NCBI GenBank assembly: GCA_041660565.1
Contig: JBAZWC010000001.1
Coordinates: forward strand, 238,481-302,480
Reading direction: 5' to 3'
DNA length: 64,000 nucleotides
Origin: Patescibacteria group bacterium
GTDB taxonomy: Bacteria > Patescibacteriota > UBA1384 > CAJBMM01
Shown here in pieces: positions 30,326-41,357 of the stretch; within the stretch, counting starts at the first letter, position 1, and every line of letters begins with the position of its first letter. The notes below the pieces were generated by a model. The model worked only from the letters and a program-made list of their open reading frames with translations, was not told the origin of the DNA and did no database searches. The position numbers and the translations under genes were made by a program.

Positions 30326-30639
30326 ATTTGATCCACTGTTTCTTTACATAATTTACATATTCTGACATTTTTATTTTCGCCGGTAATTTTGTGCCCAATT
30401 CTGGTTGGTTTGGAGCAATGAGGGCAGACTACCATGATCTTGCTAATACCAATGGGCATTTCAATCTCTTTAATACCACCGTGAGGCGCTGAATTGGTTG
30501 GTTTAAGATGTTTTTTGCTGACATTGATCTTTTCTACCACTACCTTTAATTCCGCCGGATAAGCTTTTAGTACCTTGCCTTGCTTTCCTTTGTCCTTACC
30601 GGTAATCACGATTATATTGTCATTTTTATGAATTTTCAT
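30322..30639 (-). CDS. rplX: 50S ribosomal protein L24 (KOW) with C-terminal C4 zinc-ribbon extension
   Basis: MKIHKNDNIIVITGKDKGKQGKV; CPHCSKPTR...CKLCKE. Confidence 0.85.
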   Translation of the reverse strand: MKIHKNDNIIVITGKDKGKQGKVLKAYPAELKVVVEKINVSKKHLKPTNSAPHGGIKEIEMPIGISKIMVVCPHCSKPTRIGHKITGENKNVRICKLCKETVDQI

Positions 30640-30647
30640 ATTCTTCC

Positions 30648-30683
30648 TTACAGCACTTCTGGCGCGAGAGAGATAATTTTCAT
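30648..30683 (-). pseudogene. synonymously recoded duplicate of the last 11 codons of rplN (micro-[14 protein letters not shown]) in the rplN-rplX spacer
   Basis: atgaaaattatctctctcgcgccagaagtgctgtaa vs rplN 3' end atgaaaattatttcgctagcaccggaggttttataa: 9 nt differences, all synonymous. Confidence 0.6.
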
Positions 30684-30739
30684 AATGCCTAGGCTGTAAG
30701 CCGTAGCATTTCGTAAATTATTTCGCAAATTTGATTTCA

Positions 30740-31114
30740 TTATAAAACCTCCGGTGCTAGCGAAATAATTTTCATGTATCCATCTCGAAGCTCACGTGGG
30801 ATGGGGCCAAAAATACGGGTACCCTTTGGCAACCAACCGGTTTTTTCTTTTGTAATGATTACCGCAGCGTTCTGATCAAATCGAATATATGACCCGTCTT
30901 TGCGGCGATAAGGTTTAACCTGTCTAACGATGACCGCTTTTACCACTTGTTTCTTTTTTACCACGCCATTAGGTGTAGCGGTTTTAACTGACGCGGTAAC
31001 GATATCACCAATTTGAGCGGCGGTTCGGGGTACATTGCCCATAACCGTAATAACCTGAAGCTCTTTAGCTCCGGTGTTATCGGCTACTTTTAATCTTGTC
31101 TGAGGCTGAATCAT
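30740..31114 (-). CDS. rplN: 50S ribosomal protein L14
   Basis: [19 protein letters not shown] ... [11 protein letters not shown]. Confidence 0.9.
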   Translation of the reverse strand: MIQPQTRLKVADNTGAKELQVITVMGNVPRTAAQIGDIVTASVKTATPNGVVKKKQVVKAVIVRQVKPYRRKDGSYIRFDQNAAVIITKEKTGWLPKGTRIFGPIPRELRDGYMKIISLAPEVL

Positions 31115-31407
31115 TCTTGTACTTCCTTGGTGTCATCATCTAATTTGGTTAAAACTTTGGCTGGAGTGATTACTTTACTAACTTTCCATGATTTGTTTTT
31201 GGAAATTGGTCGGGTTTGAACCATCTCAACCACATCACCCACATTTACCGCGTGACCAGTGGTATCTACCATGCGCGTTGAAGTTTTGGAATAACGCTTT
31301 TTGTATTTGGTATTCAAGGCGTCGCGCTTAAGCTCAACGGTGGCGGTGTGCACATCGGCAATTCTAATGACTCTGGCGGCGTTTGATGCGAGTTGATTAT
31401 TGTTCAT
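31111..31407 (-). CDS. rpsQ: 30S ribosomal protein S17 (start trimmed to MNNNQLAS...)
   Basis: OB-fold S17 pattern; agga RBS before the ATG at 31407; the upstream ORF extension overlaps rpmC. Confidence 0.85.
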   Translation of the reverse strand: MNNNQLASNAARVIRIADVHTATVELKRDALNTKYKKRYSKTSTRMVDTTGHAVNVGDVVEMVQTRPISKNKSWKVSKVITPAKVLTKLDDDTKEVQE

Positions 31408-31606
31408 AGTATTTTTCCTGTAATATCGTATTAATTCGGGCGATATTCTTTTTAATTTTATTAACTTGGCTGGTATTCTTTTCTTTTTGCAAGCTAATGC
31501 CCATTCCAACCTTGTGTAAATCTGCGGATAGATTAGCTAAATCTGCCCGAAGTTGTTTGTCGGTTTTGGCTCGTAATTCAGTTAATTTGGTTTGAATTTT
31601 TTTCAT
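31397..31606 (-). CDS. rpmC: 50S ribosomal protein L29 (start trimmed to MKKIQTKLTELR...)
   Basis: ATG at 31606 sits immediately after the rplP stop (31608-31610); coiled-coil L29 pattern. Confidence 0.8.
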   Translation of the reverse strand: MKKIQTKLTELRAKTDKQLRADLANLSADLHKVGMGISLQKEKNTSQVNKIKKNIARINTILQEKYYEQ

Positions 31607-31607
31607 C

Positions 31608-32015
31608 TTAATCTTTGGTAATAAATTTTGTATCAACCGGTAATTTGTAGCTGGCTAGGCGCATTGCCTCTTTGGCCACAGATTCGATCACCCCATCCAT
31701 TTCGAACATTACTGTGCCTGGTTTGACCACGACTGCAAAGTGGTCTAGCGTGCCTTTTCCACCACCCATTGGGGTTTCAGCAGCAGATTTGGTGATTGGT
31801 TTGTCTGGGAAAACTCGAATAAATACTTTTCCGCCTCGTTTGATATATCGGGTCATGGCACGACGCGCTGATTCAATCTGACGCGATGTTAACAACCCAC
31901 GCGAGGTGGCTTTTAAGCCAAAGTAACCAAAAATTACTTCACTGCCACGAGTGGCGTTACCCGGCATTTTGCCGCGCTGTTGCTTTCGATGTTTAATTTT
32001 CGCTGGTATTAGCAT
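31608..32015 (-). CDS. rplP: 50S ribosomal protein L16
   Basis: [19 protein letters not shown]... Confidence 0.9.
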   Translation of the reverse strand: MLIPAKIKHRKQQRGKMPGNATRGSEVIFGYFGLKATSRGLLTSRQIESARRAMTRYIKRGGKVFIRVFPDKPITKSAAETPMGGGKGTLDHFAVVVKPGTVMFEMDGVIESVAKEAMRLASYKLPVDTKFITKD

Positions 32016-32634
32016 CGCTTACTCCTAAATAAATCCATACCTTAACGCCAATTACACCAAAAGTGGTATTTGCGGGAACACAAGCATAATCAATATCACT
32101 GCGTAGCGTAGCCAGGGTAACCGGGCCTTGGACCAATTTTTCGCTACGGGCAATTTCGGCGCCGTTTAATCTTCCACTAACCATAATTTTAATGCCTTTG
32201 GCACCAGCCACAATTGATTTTTCCACCGCTTGTTTCATGGCGCGGCGATACGATACGCGGCGTTCAATCTGGTTTACAATACTTTGGGCAATTAAATTGG
32301 CTTTCAAATCTGGTTTTTTAATTTCTTCGATGTTCAAGCGCATTTTTCCGCTAACAATCTTCTCTAACGAAGCTTTCAAATCATTCACTCCGCTACCGGA
32401 ACGTCCAATGATTAAACCGGGTTTGGCGGTAGAAATGGTGATGATGATTTCGTTAGTGCCACGGGCAATATTAACTGAATCAACGCCGGAATTACGATAT
32501 TTTTTGGTAATTAAGTTACGAATTTTAATATCCGCATGCAAAAGCTCGGCATAATTTTTGTCGGAAAACCATATTGATTGCCATTTATGGTTTAGGGGTA
32601 ATCTGAAGCTTAGTGGATTAACTTTATGACCCAT
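31993..32634 (-). CDS. rpsC: 30S ribosomal protein S3
   Basis: [12 protein letters not shown]; KH domain. Confidence 0.9.
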   Translation of the reverse strand: MGHKVNPLSFRLPLNHKWQSIWFSDKNYAELLHADIKIRNLITKKYRNSGVDSVNIARGTNEIIITISTAKPGLIIGRSGSGVNDLKASLEKIVSGKMRLNIEEIKKPDLKANLIAQSIVNQIERRVSYRRAMKQAVEKSIVAGAKGIKIMVSGRLNGAEIARSEKLVQGPVTLATLRSDIDYACVPANTTFGVIGVKVWIYLGVSDANTSEN

Positions 32635-32984
32635 TATGACTCCTTAACCGTTTTTGCGGTGGGTGTTGAAAGTGATAAGTGAATGTGTGACATCTGTTTG
32701 TTGATTCCGCGGGCGCGACCGTGTGATATCATAATCCGACGTTTGATACGTGGGCCTTCATTACAAAATGCCCGAATCACGATTAAGTTATCTGTGGTCA
32801 AACCATTTTCCTTGGCTGTGGCAACCGCTGAATGTAAGGTGTTGTAAATGTCTCTGGCGGCGGTATTTGGCATAAACTGTAATTTAGATAAAGCAACCTC
32901 TGCATTCGTACCTCGAATAGCGTCTAAAATTAGACGAATTTTTCGCGGGGCTGTTTTAACAAATTTGTTTGTTACATTAACCAT
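32634..32984 (-). CDS. rplV: 50S ribosomal protein L22
   Basis: ribosomal operon position; L22 pattern. Confidence 0.9.
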   Translation of the reverse strand: MVNVTNKFVKTAPRKIRLILDAIRGTNAEVALSKLQFMPNTAARDIYNTLHSAVATAKENGLTTDNLIVIRAFCNEGPRIKRRIMISHGRARGINKQMSHIHLSLSTPTAKTVKES

Positions 32985-32986
32985 GG

Positions 32987-33268
32987 TTACTCTTTTCTAC
33001 CAGCTTCTGCTTTTTTACCGCTATGGCGTCGGAATTTACGGGTAGGTGAAAATTCACCCAATTTGTGTCCAACCATATCTTCTACCACGTAAACCGGAAT
33101 ATGTTCTTTGCCATTATGGACGCTAAAGGTCATTCCCACCATTTCCGGAAAGATGGTGCTTGAACGGCTCCAGGTGCGAATATTAACTTTTTCGCCCGGT
33201 TTTACGGCTTGAACTTTTTTCAATAATTTCGGATCAATAAATGGTCCCTTTTTTAATGATCGGCTCAT
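32987..33268 (-). CDS. rpsS: 30S ribosomal protein S19
   Basis: [12 protein letters not shown]... Confidence 0.9.
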   Translation of the reverse strand: MSRSLKKGPFIDPKLLKKVQAVKPGEKVNIRTWSRSSTIFPEMVGMTFSVHNGKEHIPVYVVEDMVGHKLGEFSPTRKFRRHSGKKAEAGRKE

Positions 33269-33269
33269 C

Positions 33270-34106
33270 TTATTTATCCCTTCGTCTTACAATCATTACG
33301 CTTGAACGATTGTTTTTATCTCTGGTGCGTTTGCCCAATGCCGGTGCGCCCCAAGGAGTTTTTGGATATTTCATACCAATCGATGTGTTTCCCTCACCAC
33401 CACCATGTGGGTGAGTATTCGGGTTCATTGCTTTACCACGGACGGTTGGTCTAATACCCAACCAGCGTTTGCGGCCGGCTTTAGCGTAAACAATGTTGGC
33501 ATGTTGTGAATTTGATACCTCACCAATAGTGGCATAACAGGTGGAATCAAAGCGTCTTAGCTCGCCACTAGGTAGTTTTACAATTGATTTATTGTTTTCG
33601 TGCGCCAAAACAGTAGCAGATAAACCGGCGCTACGAACCATGGTGCCACCCTGATTTGGCAATAGCTCGATATTATGAACCTGCAAGCCGGTTGGAATGT
33701 TCTTAAGCATCATTGCATTGCCGCTAACTGCTTTAACTTTATCACCAGCTTCGAGTTTTTCACCCACGGTCAATCCTTTTGGTGCCAAAATGTAGCTTAA
33801 GGTGCCGTCATTGTGCTCAAGTAAGGCAATGTTAGCAGATCGGTTTGGATCGTATTCAATTGATTTTACTTCTGCTGGAGCATGATTAGCGCGCTTAAAA
33901 TCAATCATTCGGTATCGACGTTTGTGTCCACCGCCAATGTGTCTAACCGTGATTCTTCCACTATGATTACGACCACCGGTTTTAGTTAAAACAGATAGTA
34001 ACGATTTTGTTGGGGTGGTGGTGGTAATTTCCGAATAATCACGCTTGGTGGAGCCACGCTGTCCCGGTGAGGTTGGTTTAATTAAATTACTTTTCATTGG
34101 TCTCAC
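33270..34106 (-). CDS. rplB: 50S ribosomal protein L2
   Basis: GGGHKRRYR...; PHGGGEG. Confidence 0.9.
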   Translation of the reverse strand: MRPMKSNLIKPTSPGQRGSTKRDYSEITTTTPTKSLLSVLTKTGGRNHSGRITVRHIGGGHKRRYRMIDFKRANHAPAEVKSIEYDPNRSANIALLEHNDGTLSYILAPKGLTVGEKLEAGDKVKAVSGNAMMLKNIPTGLQVHNIELLPNQGGTMVRSAGLSATVLAHENNKSIVKLPSGELRRFDSTCYATIGEVSNSQHANIVYAKAGRKRWLGIRPTVRGKAMNPNTHPHGGGEGNTSIGMKYPKTPWGAPALGKRTRDKNNRSSVMIVRRRDK

Positions 34107-34374
34107 CTACGTTAAATTCCGCAATTTTTTGCTTGGCGTTAAGTCTAACAATCGCCTTTGAAATGTTGGCGCGTTGACCAGACTTTTGACCTTGACCCTT
34201 AACTTTACCCTTAATATTAACAATATTGACTGAAATTGGATCTACTTTGTACATTTTTTTCACAAAGCTTTTAACCTGACCTTTAGTGGCATCTTTAGAT
34301 ACGCTAAAAGTGTACTGGTTTTCTTCAACCAATTTCAGACTCTTTTCGCTAATATGAGCGGTGATATTATTCAT
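34087..34374 (-). CDS. rplW: 50S ribosomal protein L23
   Basis: ribosomal operon position; L23 pattern. Confidence 0.85.
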   Translation of the reverse strand: MNNITAHISEKSLKLVEENQYTFSVSKDATKGQVKSFVKKMYKVDPISVNIVNIKGKVKGQGQKSGQRANISKAIVRLNAKQKIAEFNVGETNEK

Positions 34375-35062
34375 GTTTAGCCTTGCTCTTTGACTTTACT
34401 TCGTCAGATGGAGTAACAGCGGTGGTATCTTCTACGATTTTTTTGGATTTTGCTTCTTCTAGGGGTAAGATTGACTTAATTATTTCGCTGTCAATTACAA
34501 TTTTACGGGCAGACATTACGTCAATGATGTTAAAATGCTGGCCAAAGACGATTTTGACAAACGGAATATTGCTTAAACTAAGGGCAATCTCGGCTTTTTC
34601 CGGCAATACTACCAGAGTTTTAACTCCATCAATTCCGATTGATTTTAACCAACTAACTGCTTCTTTGGTTTTAGTAAAAGTTGGATAATTTTCTATCGCA
34701 ATTACGTTACTGTGATCAATTTGTTGATACCACGCCTTTAAACTGGCTAGCTGGCGCACTTTTTTAGGCAAACGAGTGGCAAATGAGTTAATAGATAGCG
34801 GACCAAAGGTTACACCACCACCGCGCCACAATGGCGAACGGCTTGAGCCGGCTCTAGCACGGCCAGTACCTTTTTGTTTCCAAGGTTTAATTCCACCACC
34901 ACTAACCGCACCGCGATCTTTGGTGTGCGCTACCGGTTGTCTAAGTGAATTCTGAATAAATCTAACCGTATCGGTTACCACCGCATCAGATACTTCTGAC
35001 ACGTCGGCCATAACCAACTCTTTAACCGATTTACCCTGATTATTTATAACTGCTAACTTCAT
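34367..35062 (-). CDS. rplD: 50S ribosomal protein L4
   Basis: ribosomal operon position; L4 pattern. Confidence 0.9.
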   Translation of the reverse strand: MKLAVINNQGKSVKELVMADVSEVSDAVVTDTVRFIQNSLRQPVAHTKDRGAVSGGGIKPWKQKGTGRARAGSSRSPLWRGGGVTFGPLSINSFATRLPKKVRQLASLKAWYQQIDHSNVIAIENYPTFTKTKEAVSWLKSIGIDGVKTLVVLPEKAEIALSLSNIPFVKIVFGQHFNIIDVMSARKIVIDSEIIKSILPLEEAKSKKIVEDTTAVTPSDEVKSKSKAKHE

Positions 35063-35676
35063 TGCATAATTCCTGTAATTTCAACGGTGCCGCCCTTTGG
35101 CCCTGGCACTGAACCGCGAATTGAAAATAAATTATTTTTGGTATCAACTGCCACTAATTCTAATTTTTTAACCGTGGTACGCACATGACCCATATGTCCG
35201 GGCAGTTTTTGACCTTTCAAAACACGCTGTGGGAACATTCCACCAATGGAACCAGGGGCGCGGTGATGATCTGAGCCGTGAGTTTCCGGACCGCGACTAA
35301 AGTGATGACGTTTGATAACGCCGGCAAATCCTTTACCTTTACTAACCGCAGAGATTTCAACTTGTTTGATCTCGGTAAAAGAGGTTGAATCAACTTTAGC
35401 ACCAACTTTTACTTTTTGGTCTTCTTCATCAATTCGAATTTCAGACACGATTTTTGGTTTGGTCTCGGTGGCCTTGAAATGACCGGTTTGAGCTTTGTTT
35501 AACTTTGCACCATCACCAAACCCAATTTGTGCAGCCATATACCCATCTTTAGCCATGGTTTTAACTTGGGTAACCACGCCTTTATAGGTTTCAATTACCG
35601 TAACCGGAACTACCGTTCCATCAGTTAAGAACAGTTGGGTCATTCCGATTTTTTTTCCGATAATATATGGCTTCAT
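35059..35676 (-). CDS. rplC: 50S ribosomal protein L3 (start trimmed to [16 protein letters not shown])
   Basis: aggtg RBS before the ATG at 35676; L3 motifs. Confidence 0.9.
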   Translation of the reverse strand: MKPYIIGKKIGMTQLFLTDGTVVPVTVIETYKGVVTQVKTMAKDGYMAAQIGFGDGAKLNKAQTGHFKATETKPKIVSEIRIDEEDQKVKVGAKVDSTSFTEIKQVEISAVSKGKGFAGVIKRHHFSRGPETHGSDHHRAPGSIGGMFPQRVLKGQKLPGHMGHVRTTVKKLELVAVDTKNNLFSIRGSVPGPKGGTVEITGIMQ

Positions 35677-35761
35677 TTTTGCACCTATGATCCTAGCCCT
35701 TAGACTTTGTCCCACTTGGGGACTAGTTTCCGAAGGGCGAGGTAACTACTGTTAAACTTAC

Positions 35762-36088
35762 TTACATTTTAATTTCTACGTCGACGCCAGCGGGTAAATC
35801 CAAACTCATTAACGCGTCGATAGTTTTACTGGTGGGTTCAATAACATCAATTAATCTCTTGTGAATCCGCATTTCGAACTGTTCTCGGGAATCTTTGTGC
35901 ACATGAGGTGATCGAATAACGGTGATTGATTTTTTATCAGTTGGCAATGGTACTGGCCCGATAATACTGGCTCCGGTACGCTCGGCTGTCTGAATAATCT
36001 GACTTGACGATTTATCGATGATTCGATAGTCGTACGCCTTCAGTCGTATTCGGATGCGCTGTTTTGTAATGTCGGGTGTCTTTGTCAT
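35762..36088 (-). CDS. rpsJ: 30S ribosomal protein S10
   Basis: [16 protein letters not shown]. Confidence 0.9.
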   Translation of the reverse strand: MTKTPDITKQRIRIRLKAYDYRIIDKSSSQIIQTAERTGASIIGPVPLPTDKKSITVIRSPHVHKDSREQFEMRIHKRLIDVIEPTSKTIDALMSLDLPAGVDVEIKM

Positions 36089-36108
36089 GTCTCAATCAAT
36101 AGTTTAAT

Positions 36109-37293
36109 TTATTTGTTAATTTTGGTAACCATTCCGGCGCCAACAGTGTGTCCACCTTCACGAATGGCGAATCTCATGCCCTCTTCCATGGCAATAGGAA
36201 CAATCAATTTAACTTCAATCTTTACGGTATCACCAGGCATAACCATTTCGGTGTCGGCAGGTAAAATAACTTCGCCGGTTACGTCTGTGGTACGAATGTA
36301 AAACTGTGGTTTGTAACCCTTGAAGAATGGAGTATGACGTCCGCCTTCCTCTTTGGTTAAGATATACACTTCAGCGTTAAATTCGGTGTGAGGAGTGATG
36401 GAACCAGGCTTGGCCAAAACTTGCCCGCGTTCGATGTCGTCTCGCTCAATACCGCGTAGCAATACACCAACGTTGTCTCCGGCACGACCTTCATCTAGTA
36501 ATTTCTTGAACATTTCTACACCGGTAACCGTGGTTTTCTTGGTTGGACGAATACCGACAATTTCAATTTCTTCGTTTACTTTAACTTGTCCGCGTTCGAT
36601 ACGACCGGTGGCAACGGTGCCACGACCTTTGATTGAGAAAACGTCTTCTACCGGCAATAGGAATGGTTTGTCTAATTCGCGCACTGGCTCTGGGATGTAT
36701 TCGTCAAGCGACTTCATTAGGGCCATAATATTGTCTTCTTCTTTGGCATCACCTTCTAAGGCTTTTAAGGCTGAACCGCGGATAATAGGCGCGTTATCGC
36801 CATCATATTCGTATTTGGACAATAGTTCGCGAACTTCCATCTCTACTAAATCAAGTAGTTCTGGGTCGTTAACCATGTCGCACTTGTTCATAAACACTAC
36901 AATACGAGGCACACCAACTTGGTGAGCTAACAAAATGTGCTCACGAGTTTGTGGCATTGGGCCGTCGGTGGCAGCAACCACTAGGATAGCGCCATCCATT
37001 TGAGCAGCACCAGTAATCATGTTTTTAACGTAGTCAGCGTGACCCGGACAGTCAACGTGGGCGTAGTGACGCTTTTCGGTCTCATACTCTTGGTGAGAGG
37101 TGGCAATGGTAATACCACGTGCCTTCTCTTCAGGAGCGTTATCGATCTCGTCAAACTTACGGGCGGTGGCTAAACCTTTTTTAGCTAACACATGGGTGAT
37201 AGCAGCGGTTAAGGTTGTTTTGCCGTGGTCAACGTGTCCAATGGTACCCACATTTACGTGTGGTTTGGATCGTTCAAATTTCTCTTGAGCCAT
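36109..37293 (-). CDS. tuf: elongation factor Tu
   Basis: [22 protein letters not shown]; 394 aa. Confidence 0.95.
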   Translation of the reverse strand: MAQEKFERSKPHVNVGTIGHVDHGKTTLTAAITHVLAKKGLATARKFDEIDNAPEEKARGITIATSHQEYETEKRHYAHVDCPGHADYVKNMITGAAQMDGAILVVAATDGPMPQTREHILLAHQVGVPRIVVFMNKCDMVNDPELLDLVEMEVRELLSKYEYDGDNAPIIRGSALKALEGDAKEEDNIMALMKSLDEYIPEPVRELDKPFLLPVEDVFSIKGRGTVATGRIERGQVKVNEEIEIVGIRPTKKTTVTGVEMFKKLLDEGRAGDNVGVLLRGIERDDIERGQVLAKPGSITPHTEFNAEVYILTKEEGGRHTPFFKGYKPQFYIRTTDVTGEVILPADTEMVMPGDTVKIEVKLIVPIAMEEGMRFAIREGGHTVGAGMVTKINK

Positions 37294-37364
37294 TTTGCTC
37301 TCCTTATTAACTTTACTATTTAACTATAACTTATATTGATTAAAACGTCAACACTTTTAGACTT

Positions 37365-39437
37365 TTACTTAACTTTACCGGAAATAATGTCTAGTTGGAT
37401 GTTAGCTGGGACTGATTCGTAATGGTCAAATTCCATCGAATATGACGCTCGGCCCTGAGACATCGATCGCAATGTGGTGGCATATCCAAACATGCTTGAA
37501 AGCGGCACGGTTGCATCGACAATTTTGGCGGTGCCACGCTCGGTCATCTGCTGAATTTGACCACGCTTGGCGTTCAAATCACCAATCACATCGCCCATAA
37601 AATCTTCCGGAGTAGTCACTTCAACCTTCATAATTGGCTCCAAAATGGTTGGATTTGCCTTTTTAACCGCATCTTGCAATGCCATTGAACCGGCAATTTT
37701 GAATGCCATTTCAGACGAGTCAACTTCGTGAAAAGTACCGTCAAATAAGGTAACGTGTAGGCCTTCAACCGGATATCCGGCAATAACGCCTTTTTCCATC
37801 GCTTCTTTAACGCCTTGCTCAACCGCCGGAATGTATTCTTTAGGAATAGCACCACCGACAATTTTATTCTCAAACTCCAGACCTTGGCCGGATTCGTTAG
37901 GTTTGACGCGCAAATAAACATGCCCGTACTGGCCACGACCACCCGACTGACGGATAAACTTGCCTTCTTGCTCTACTTCGCTGCGTACGGTCTCTTTGTA
38001 GGCCACCTGAGGCTTACCAGAGGTTACCTCTACCTTAAACTCGCGGCGCATTCTATCTACAATAATTTCCAAATGCAGCTCGCCCATTCCGGACAAAATT
38101 GTCTGGCCGGTTTCTTGGTTAGATTTAACTCTTAATGTTGGATCTTCCTCGACTAATCGAGCAATAGCCACACCCATTTTTTCTTGGTCGGCTTTGGTTT
38201 TTGGCTCAACTGCCATATCGATAACCGGCTCTGGGAAGGTTATGGATTCCAATCTAACTTGATTATCGCTGTCGCACAACGTATCACCGGTTCGAGTGGC
38301 TTTTAAGCCAACCGCAGCGGCAATATCACCGGAATAAACTTCGTTTACATCTTCGCGATGATTGGCGTGCAAACGCACAATGCGACCAATACGTTCTTTT
38401 TCACCGTTAGTAGTGTTAACCACGTATGATCCTGATTTCAAGATGCCACGATATACGCGGAAGAAAATTAATTTACCCACAAACGGATCTGCAGCAACTT
38501 TAAAAGCCAAGCCCACAAATGAACCGTTATCATCGGTTTTAACTTCAATGTCGGCATCGGTTTTAAGATCTACACCCTTAACCTGCGCAACATCATGAGG
38601 AGATGGCAAATAGGCCACCACAGCGTCTAGCAACGTTTCTACGATCACACCGCGGCCATCTCCACCCATCACCGGGTAGAAATCACCTTTAATGACGCTT
38701 TTGCGAATGGCTGTTTTTAATTCGTCGTCGGTTAGCTCTTCGCCATTTAAATATTTTTCCATCGCCGTGTCATCGGCTTCAACCGCTTTTTCTAGTAGTT
38801 CGGTACGATATTTCTCTACTTCATCTACCATACTAGACGGAATTTCGGTCTCAACCAACTCGTGATCGGTATAATCTTTATAGGTATAAGCTTTTCGCGC
38901 CACTACATCTACCACACCGTTAATGCTTTGTTCAAAGCCAATTGGCAGCTGAATTGGAAAAGTGTTTTTAGATAAGCGTTCGCGAATAGAGGCCAGTGAT
39001 TTATAGAAATCGCCGCCGGTTTGGTTAATTTTATTGATAAAGCAAATACGCGGAACGGTATATTTGTCTGCTTGACGCCAAACAGTCTCGGATTGTGGCT
39101 CTACCCCCATTTTGCCATCAAAAATGACCACTGCGCCATCTAGTACGCGCAATGATCGTTCTACCTCAACGGTAAAGTCAACGTGTCCCGGGGTGTCAAT
39201 AATGTTAATACGATGATTTTTCCAATAACAGGTGGTGGCAGCAGAGGTGATGGTAATACCGCGCTCGCGCTCTTGCTCCATCCAGTCCATGGTTGCTTCG
39301 CCTTCATGCACTTCGCCGATTTTATGCACTTTACCGGTACGATACAAAATACCTTCGGTAACAGTAGTTTTACCGGCATCAATATGGGCGATGGTGCCAA
39401 TGTTACGAGTTAATTCAATTGAAACTTCGCGTGCCAT
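37365..39437 (-). CDS. fusA: elongation factor G
   Basis: [17 protein letters not shown]; 690 aa. Confidence 0.95.
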   Translation of the reverse strand: MAREVSIELTRNIGTIAHIDAGKTTVTEGILYRTGKVHKIGEVHEGEATMDWMEQERERGITITSAATTCYWKNHRINIIDTPGHVDFTVEVERSLRVLDGAVVIFDGKMGVEPQSETVWRQADKYTVPRICFINKINQTGGDFYKSLASIRERLSKNTFPIQLPIGFEQSINGVVDVVARKAYTYKDYTDHELVETEIPSSMVDEVEKYRTELLEKAVEADDTAMEKYLNGEELTDDELKTAIRKSVIKGDFYPVMGGDGRGVIVETLLDAVVAYLPSPHDVAQVKGVDLKTDADIEVKTDDNGSFVGLAFKVAADPFVGKLIFFRVYRGILKSGSYVVNTTNGEKERIGRIVRLHANHREDVNEVYSGDIAAAVGLKATRTGDTLCDSDNQVRLESITFPEPVIDMAVEPKTKADQEKMGVAIARLVEEDPTLRVKSNQETGQTILSGMGELHLEIIVDRMRREFKVEVTSGKPQVAYKETVRSEVEQEGKFIRQSGGRGQYGHVYLRVKPNESGQGLEFENKIVGGAIPKEYIPAVEQGVKEAMEKGVIAGYPVEGLHVTLFDGTFHEVDSSEMAFKIAGSMALQDAVKKANPTILEPIMKVEVTTPEDFMGDVIGDLNAKRGQIQQMTERGTAKIVDATVPLSSMFGYATTLRSMSQGRASYSMEFDHYESVPANIQLDIISGKVK

Positions 39438-39520
39438 TATCTCTCCTCAGGTGTTATTTACACAAAATCCCCTCTTAAGAGTAAATAATAACACACCCGT
39501 GTTCAAAAGTCAAAATGTTA

Positions 39521-39549
39521 TTGACAATTTTATAAATAGTTCTATACTT
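39521..39549 (+). promoter_or_regulatory. consensus sigma70-type promoter TTGACA-N17-TATACT
   Basis: ttgacaattttataaatagttctatact, followed by GGAGGTG RBS and the start at 39585. Confidence 0.6.
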
Positions 39550-39584
39550 ATCATCAGTACGCTACCTGACCGGAGGTGGATGAG

Positions 39585-40007
39585 ATGAGCATTATGGAGG
39601 GCAAGATCGTATGGCACCTCGATTCGAATCTGCAGACTCGTCGGATCATCTGCAGTAACCTAGAGCGATTGGGATGCATCGTAGTCGGGTTTAATAACAC
39701 CGACGAGATAATCGATCGCCTTGGCGCAATTGAAGCCAATCAGTTGCCGTCAGCGGTTATCACCGAGGTTGCCGGTACCACCGGCAAAGCCGATTTCGCA
39801 ATTCTCTCGATGTTGCGTCGAAACCAGCTTACTCAGAATGTCCCAATCCTGGTGCTGACCGAATGCACTAATGACCAAGACGTGTCCGACGGCTGGCAAC
39901 TTGGCGCTGACTGTATCTTGTCGAAGCCGTTCAACCCGATGGAGGTGTCGGCTGTCCTCAGACGGTTCTTCAAATCGCTCGAGGAGTACCCGCCCGAGCC
40001 TGTATGA
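39585..40007 (+). CDS. stand-alone receiver (REC/CheY-like) domain protein with Glu at the phospho-Asp position; GC-rich
   Basis: KIVWHLDSN (beta1 acidic pair), SAVITEVAG (beta3, D to E), PILVLTE (conserved T), GADCILSKPF (conserved K); ~57% GC vs ~40% host. Confidence 0.55.
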   Translation: MSIMEGKIVWHLDSNLQTRRIICSNLERLGCIVVGFNNTDEIIDRLGAIEANQLPSAVITEVAGTTGKADFAILSMLRRNQLTQNVPILVLTECTNDQDVSDGWQLGADCILSKPFNPMEVSAVLRRFFKSLEEYPPEPV

Positions 40008-40017
40008 CCAGCCCCAG

Positions 40018-40050
40018 CTCCGCAGACGCGCGCCGTTTGCGGAGATGTTT
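40018..40050 (+). terminator. rho-independent terminator (ctccgca...tgcggag + T tract)
   Basis: 7-bp GC stem followed by atgtttt; overlaps the -35 of the next promoter. Confidence 0.6.
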
Positions 40051-40054
40051 TATA

Positions 40055-40082
40055 TTGACAAATTACATAATAATCCTATACT
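40055..40082 (+). promoter_or_regulatory. consensus promoter TTGACA-N16-TATACT
   Basis: ttgacaaattacataataatcctatact; RBS aggggaggtaagg before ATG 40128. Confidence 0.6.
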
Positions 40083-40127
40083 GGTGTCATCTGGCTGTAG
40101 CGCACCACACAGGGGAGGTAAGGCAAA

Positions 40128-40538
40128 ATGGCCGTGAACCTTAAGGGCAAGCAAGTGCTGTATGTCGTCAACGGCGTTGATATACAATACGCCTGGATTC
40201 TCAACTACGTGACGTCTGAACTCGGCGCGGCCACGTTGCTGTCGTTTCAGGACGCGGTGAGTATGATCAATCACTCACCTGACCCCGAAAGAGTGGGGGT
40301 GGTATTCTACCTAACCGGACCGTCAGACTTCCCCGGCATGAACACGGTGCGTTACCTGGCGCAACTGGGCTACCGGGTCATTGTTATCGGGCAGTCTTCC
40401 GAGGTGATATATGGCGTGTGGGCTGGCCTTGCTGGCGCTGTCGCTTTCATCCCAACTGGACACTTGGACTGCGCCTGCGTTAAAGAAGCGATTAGGGTCG
40501 CTTTCATGACCGAGATCGCAACGCCTGTTCCGGCCTGA
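40128..40538 (+). CDS. degenerate receiver-like (CheY-fold) protein; GC-rich
   Basis: alternating beta/alpha pattern QVLYVVNG / VGVVFYLTGPSDFPGMN / RVIVIGQSSE / AVAFIPTGHL matching REC topology but with D/T/K positions substituted. Confidence 0.4.
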   Translation: MAVNLKGKQVLYVVNGVDIQYAWILNYVTSELGAATLLSFQDAVSMINHSPDPERVGVVFYLTGPSDFPGMNTVRYLAQLGYRVIVIGQSSEVIYGVWAGLAGAVAFIPTGHLDCACVKEAIRVAFMTEIATPVPA

Positions 40539-40563
40539 CCCACGCACACCCATCTCCACCTCG

Positions 40564-40600
40564 TCTCCGCACGCGCCAGTCGCCTGCGGAGATGTTTTTT
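40564..40600 (+). terminator. rho-independent terminator (tctccgca...tgcggaga + TTTTTT)
   Basis: 8-bp stem, 13-nt loop, T6 tract. Confidence 0.65.
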
Positions 40601-40601
40601 A

Positions 40602-40629
40602 TTGACAAAACGCAACATTACTCTATAAT
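40602..40629 (+). promoter_or_regulatory. perfect-consensus promoter TTGACA-N16-TATAAT
   Basis: ttgacaaaacgcaacattactctataat. Confidence 0.65.
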
Positions 40630-40694
40630 TAATGCCATCAACCGTACCTGCACAACCTAGGTCTTCCGTTCTGGACCAGAGAGGATATCGCGCG

Positions 40695-41240
40695 ATGGGG
40701 TCATTTCGGATCAGTCAAGCAGACGCCGAGGAAATGCATCACCTTCTCGAATCGCTAATCCGGCTACATGATAACAGACCGCTTCCGAATGGCGTGTCAC
40801 TGGACACTATTGTCAGACGAGCCAGATCGGTTCACGGTCGCATCGGCTGCCTGCGCAACAGGAAAAAGGCGCTGCTAAACGCGCCGATATTCTCGAACTT
40901 GATGGTGGTCGAACACCCGTTTAGCGGCCGAACGGTGGTATTGGCGGAGCGCTCCAATATGGTCTCACGCGAAACGTCGCTTGAGTCCACGTTGGACCTT
41001 GCCAATGAGATCTGCATGATCTACCGAATCCCCCTCGATCAGCTAGACTGGTACGAGCGGGATCAGCCGGTAACATCGGGTCAGACCCCCAAGCAAGCGG
41101 ACGTCCGCTGCTTCTCGGTCATCTTCCAGATTGTGGACGGGCGGCTGGATAGTTTCTCCCGTGTTGCGCTATCCAGCGACGAGCTCGCAACTCGCACCCT
41201 GGGCCTGGAGTTTGCCAAGCGGCTCTCGCCAGTGTTCTAG
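40695..41240 (+). CDS. GC-rich hypothetical protein (181 aa from internal Met; the ORF-track start at 40632 lies inside the promoter and was rejected)
   Basis: gagagga RBS then ATG at 40695; no recognisable domain. Confidence 0.4.
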   Translation: MGSFRISQADAEEMHHLLESLIRLHDNRPLPNGVSLDTIVRRARSVHGRIGCLRNRKKALLNAPIFSNLMVVEHPFSGRTVVLAERSNMVSRETSLESTLDLANEICMIYRIPLDQLDWYERDQPVTSGQTPKQADVRCFSVIFQIVDGRLDSFSRVALSSDELATRTLGLEFAKRLSPVF

Positions 41241-41287
41241 GACACATCAACCATATCGTGCCGAGACGATCACCACCAACCAACAAC

Positions 41288-41330
41288 CCTCCGCGACGGG
41301 CAACCGTTTCGGAGGGTATTTTATTTATAT
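41288..41330 (+). terminator. rho-independent terminator (ccctccg...cggaggg + tattttattt)
   Basis: third member of the same terminator family at the end of the GC-rich island. Confidence 0.6.
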
Positions 41331-41357
41331 AGATTCCGGATCTAGTCCGGAATGACA
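41324..41357. repeat. palindromic element type A (ATAGATTCCGGAtctagTCCGGAATGACAC)
   Basis: marks the right border of the GC-rich island. Confidence 0.7.

Noticed and set aside
31407-31509. N-terminal extensions of rpsQ, rpmC, rplC, rpsM, rpoC in the ORF track
   Set aside because: Extensions overlap upstream genes and lack RBS; internal Mets match conserved N-termini and have Shine-Dalgarno sequences
36395-36925. 176-aa plus-strand ORF inside tuf, and similar antisense ORFs inside fusA, rpoB, rpoC, secY
   Set aside because: Antisense to highly conserved genes; Ser/Pro/Thr-rich translations typical of the reverse frame of GC-skewed coding sequence
40632-40694. Upstream ATG of the third GC-island ORF
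   Set aside because: Lies 2 nt after the TATAAT -10 box, so it would not be transcribed; the internal ATG at 40695 has an RBS
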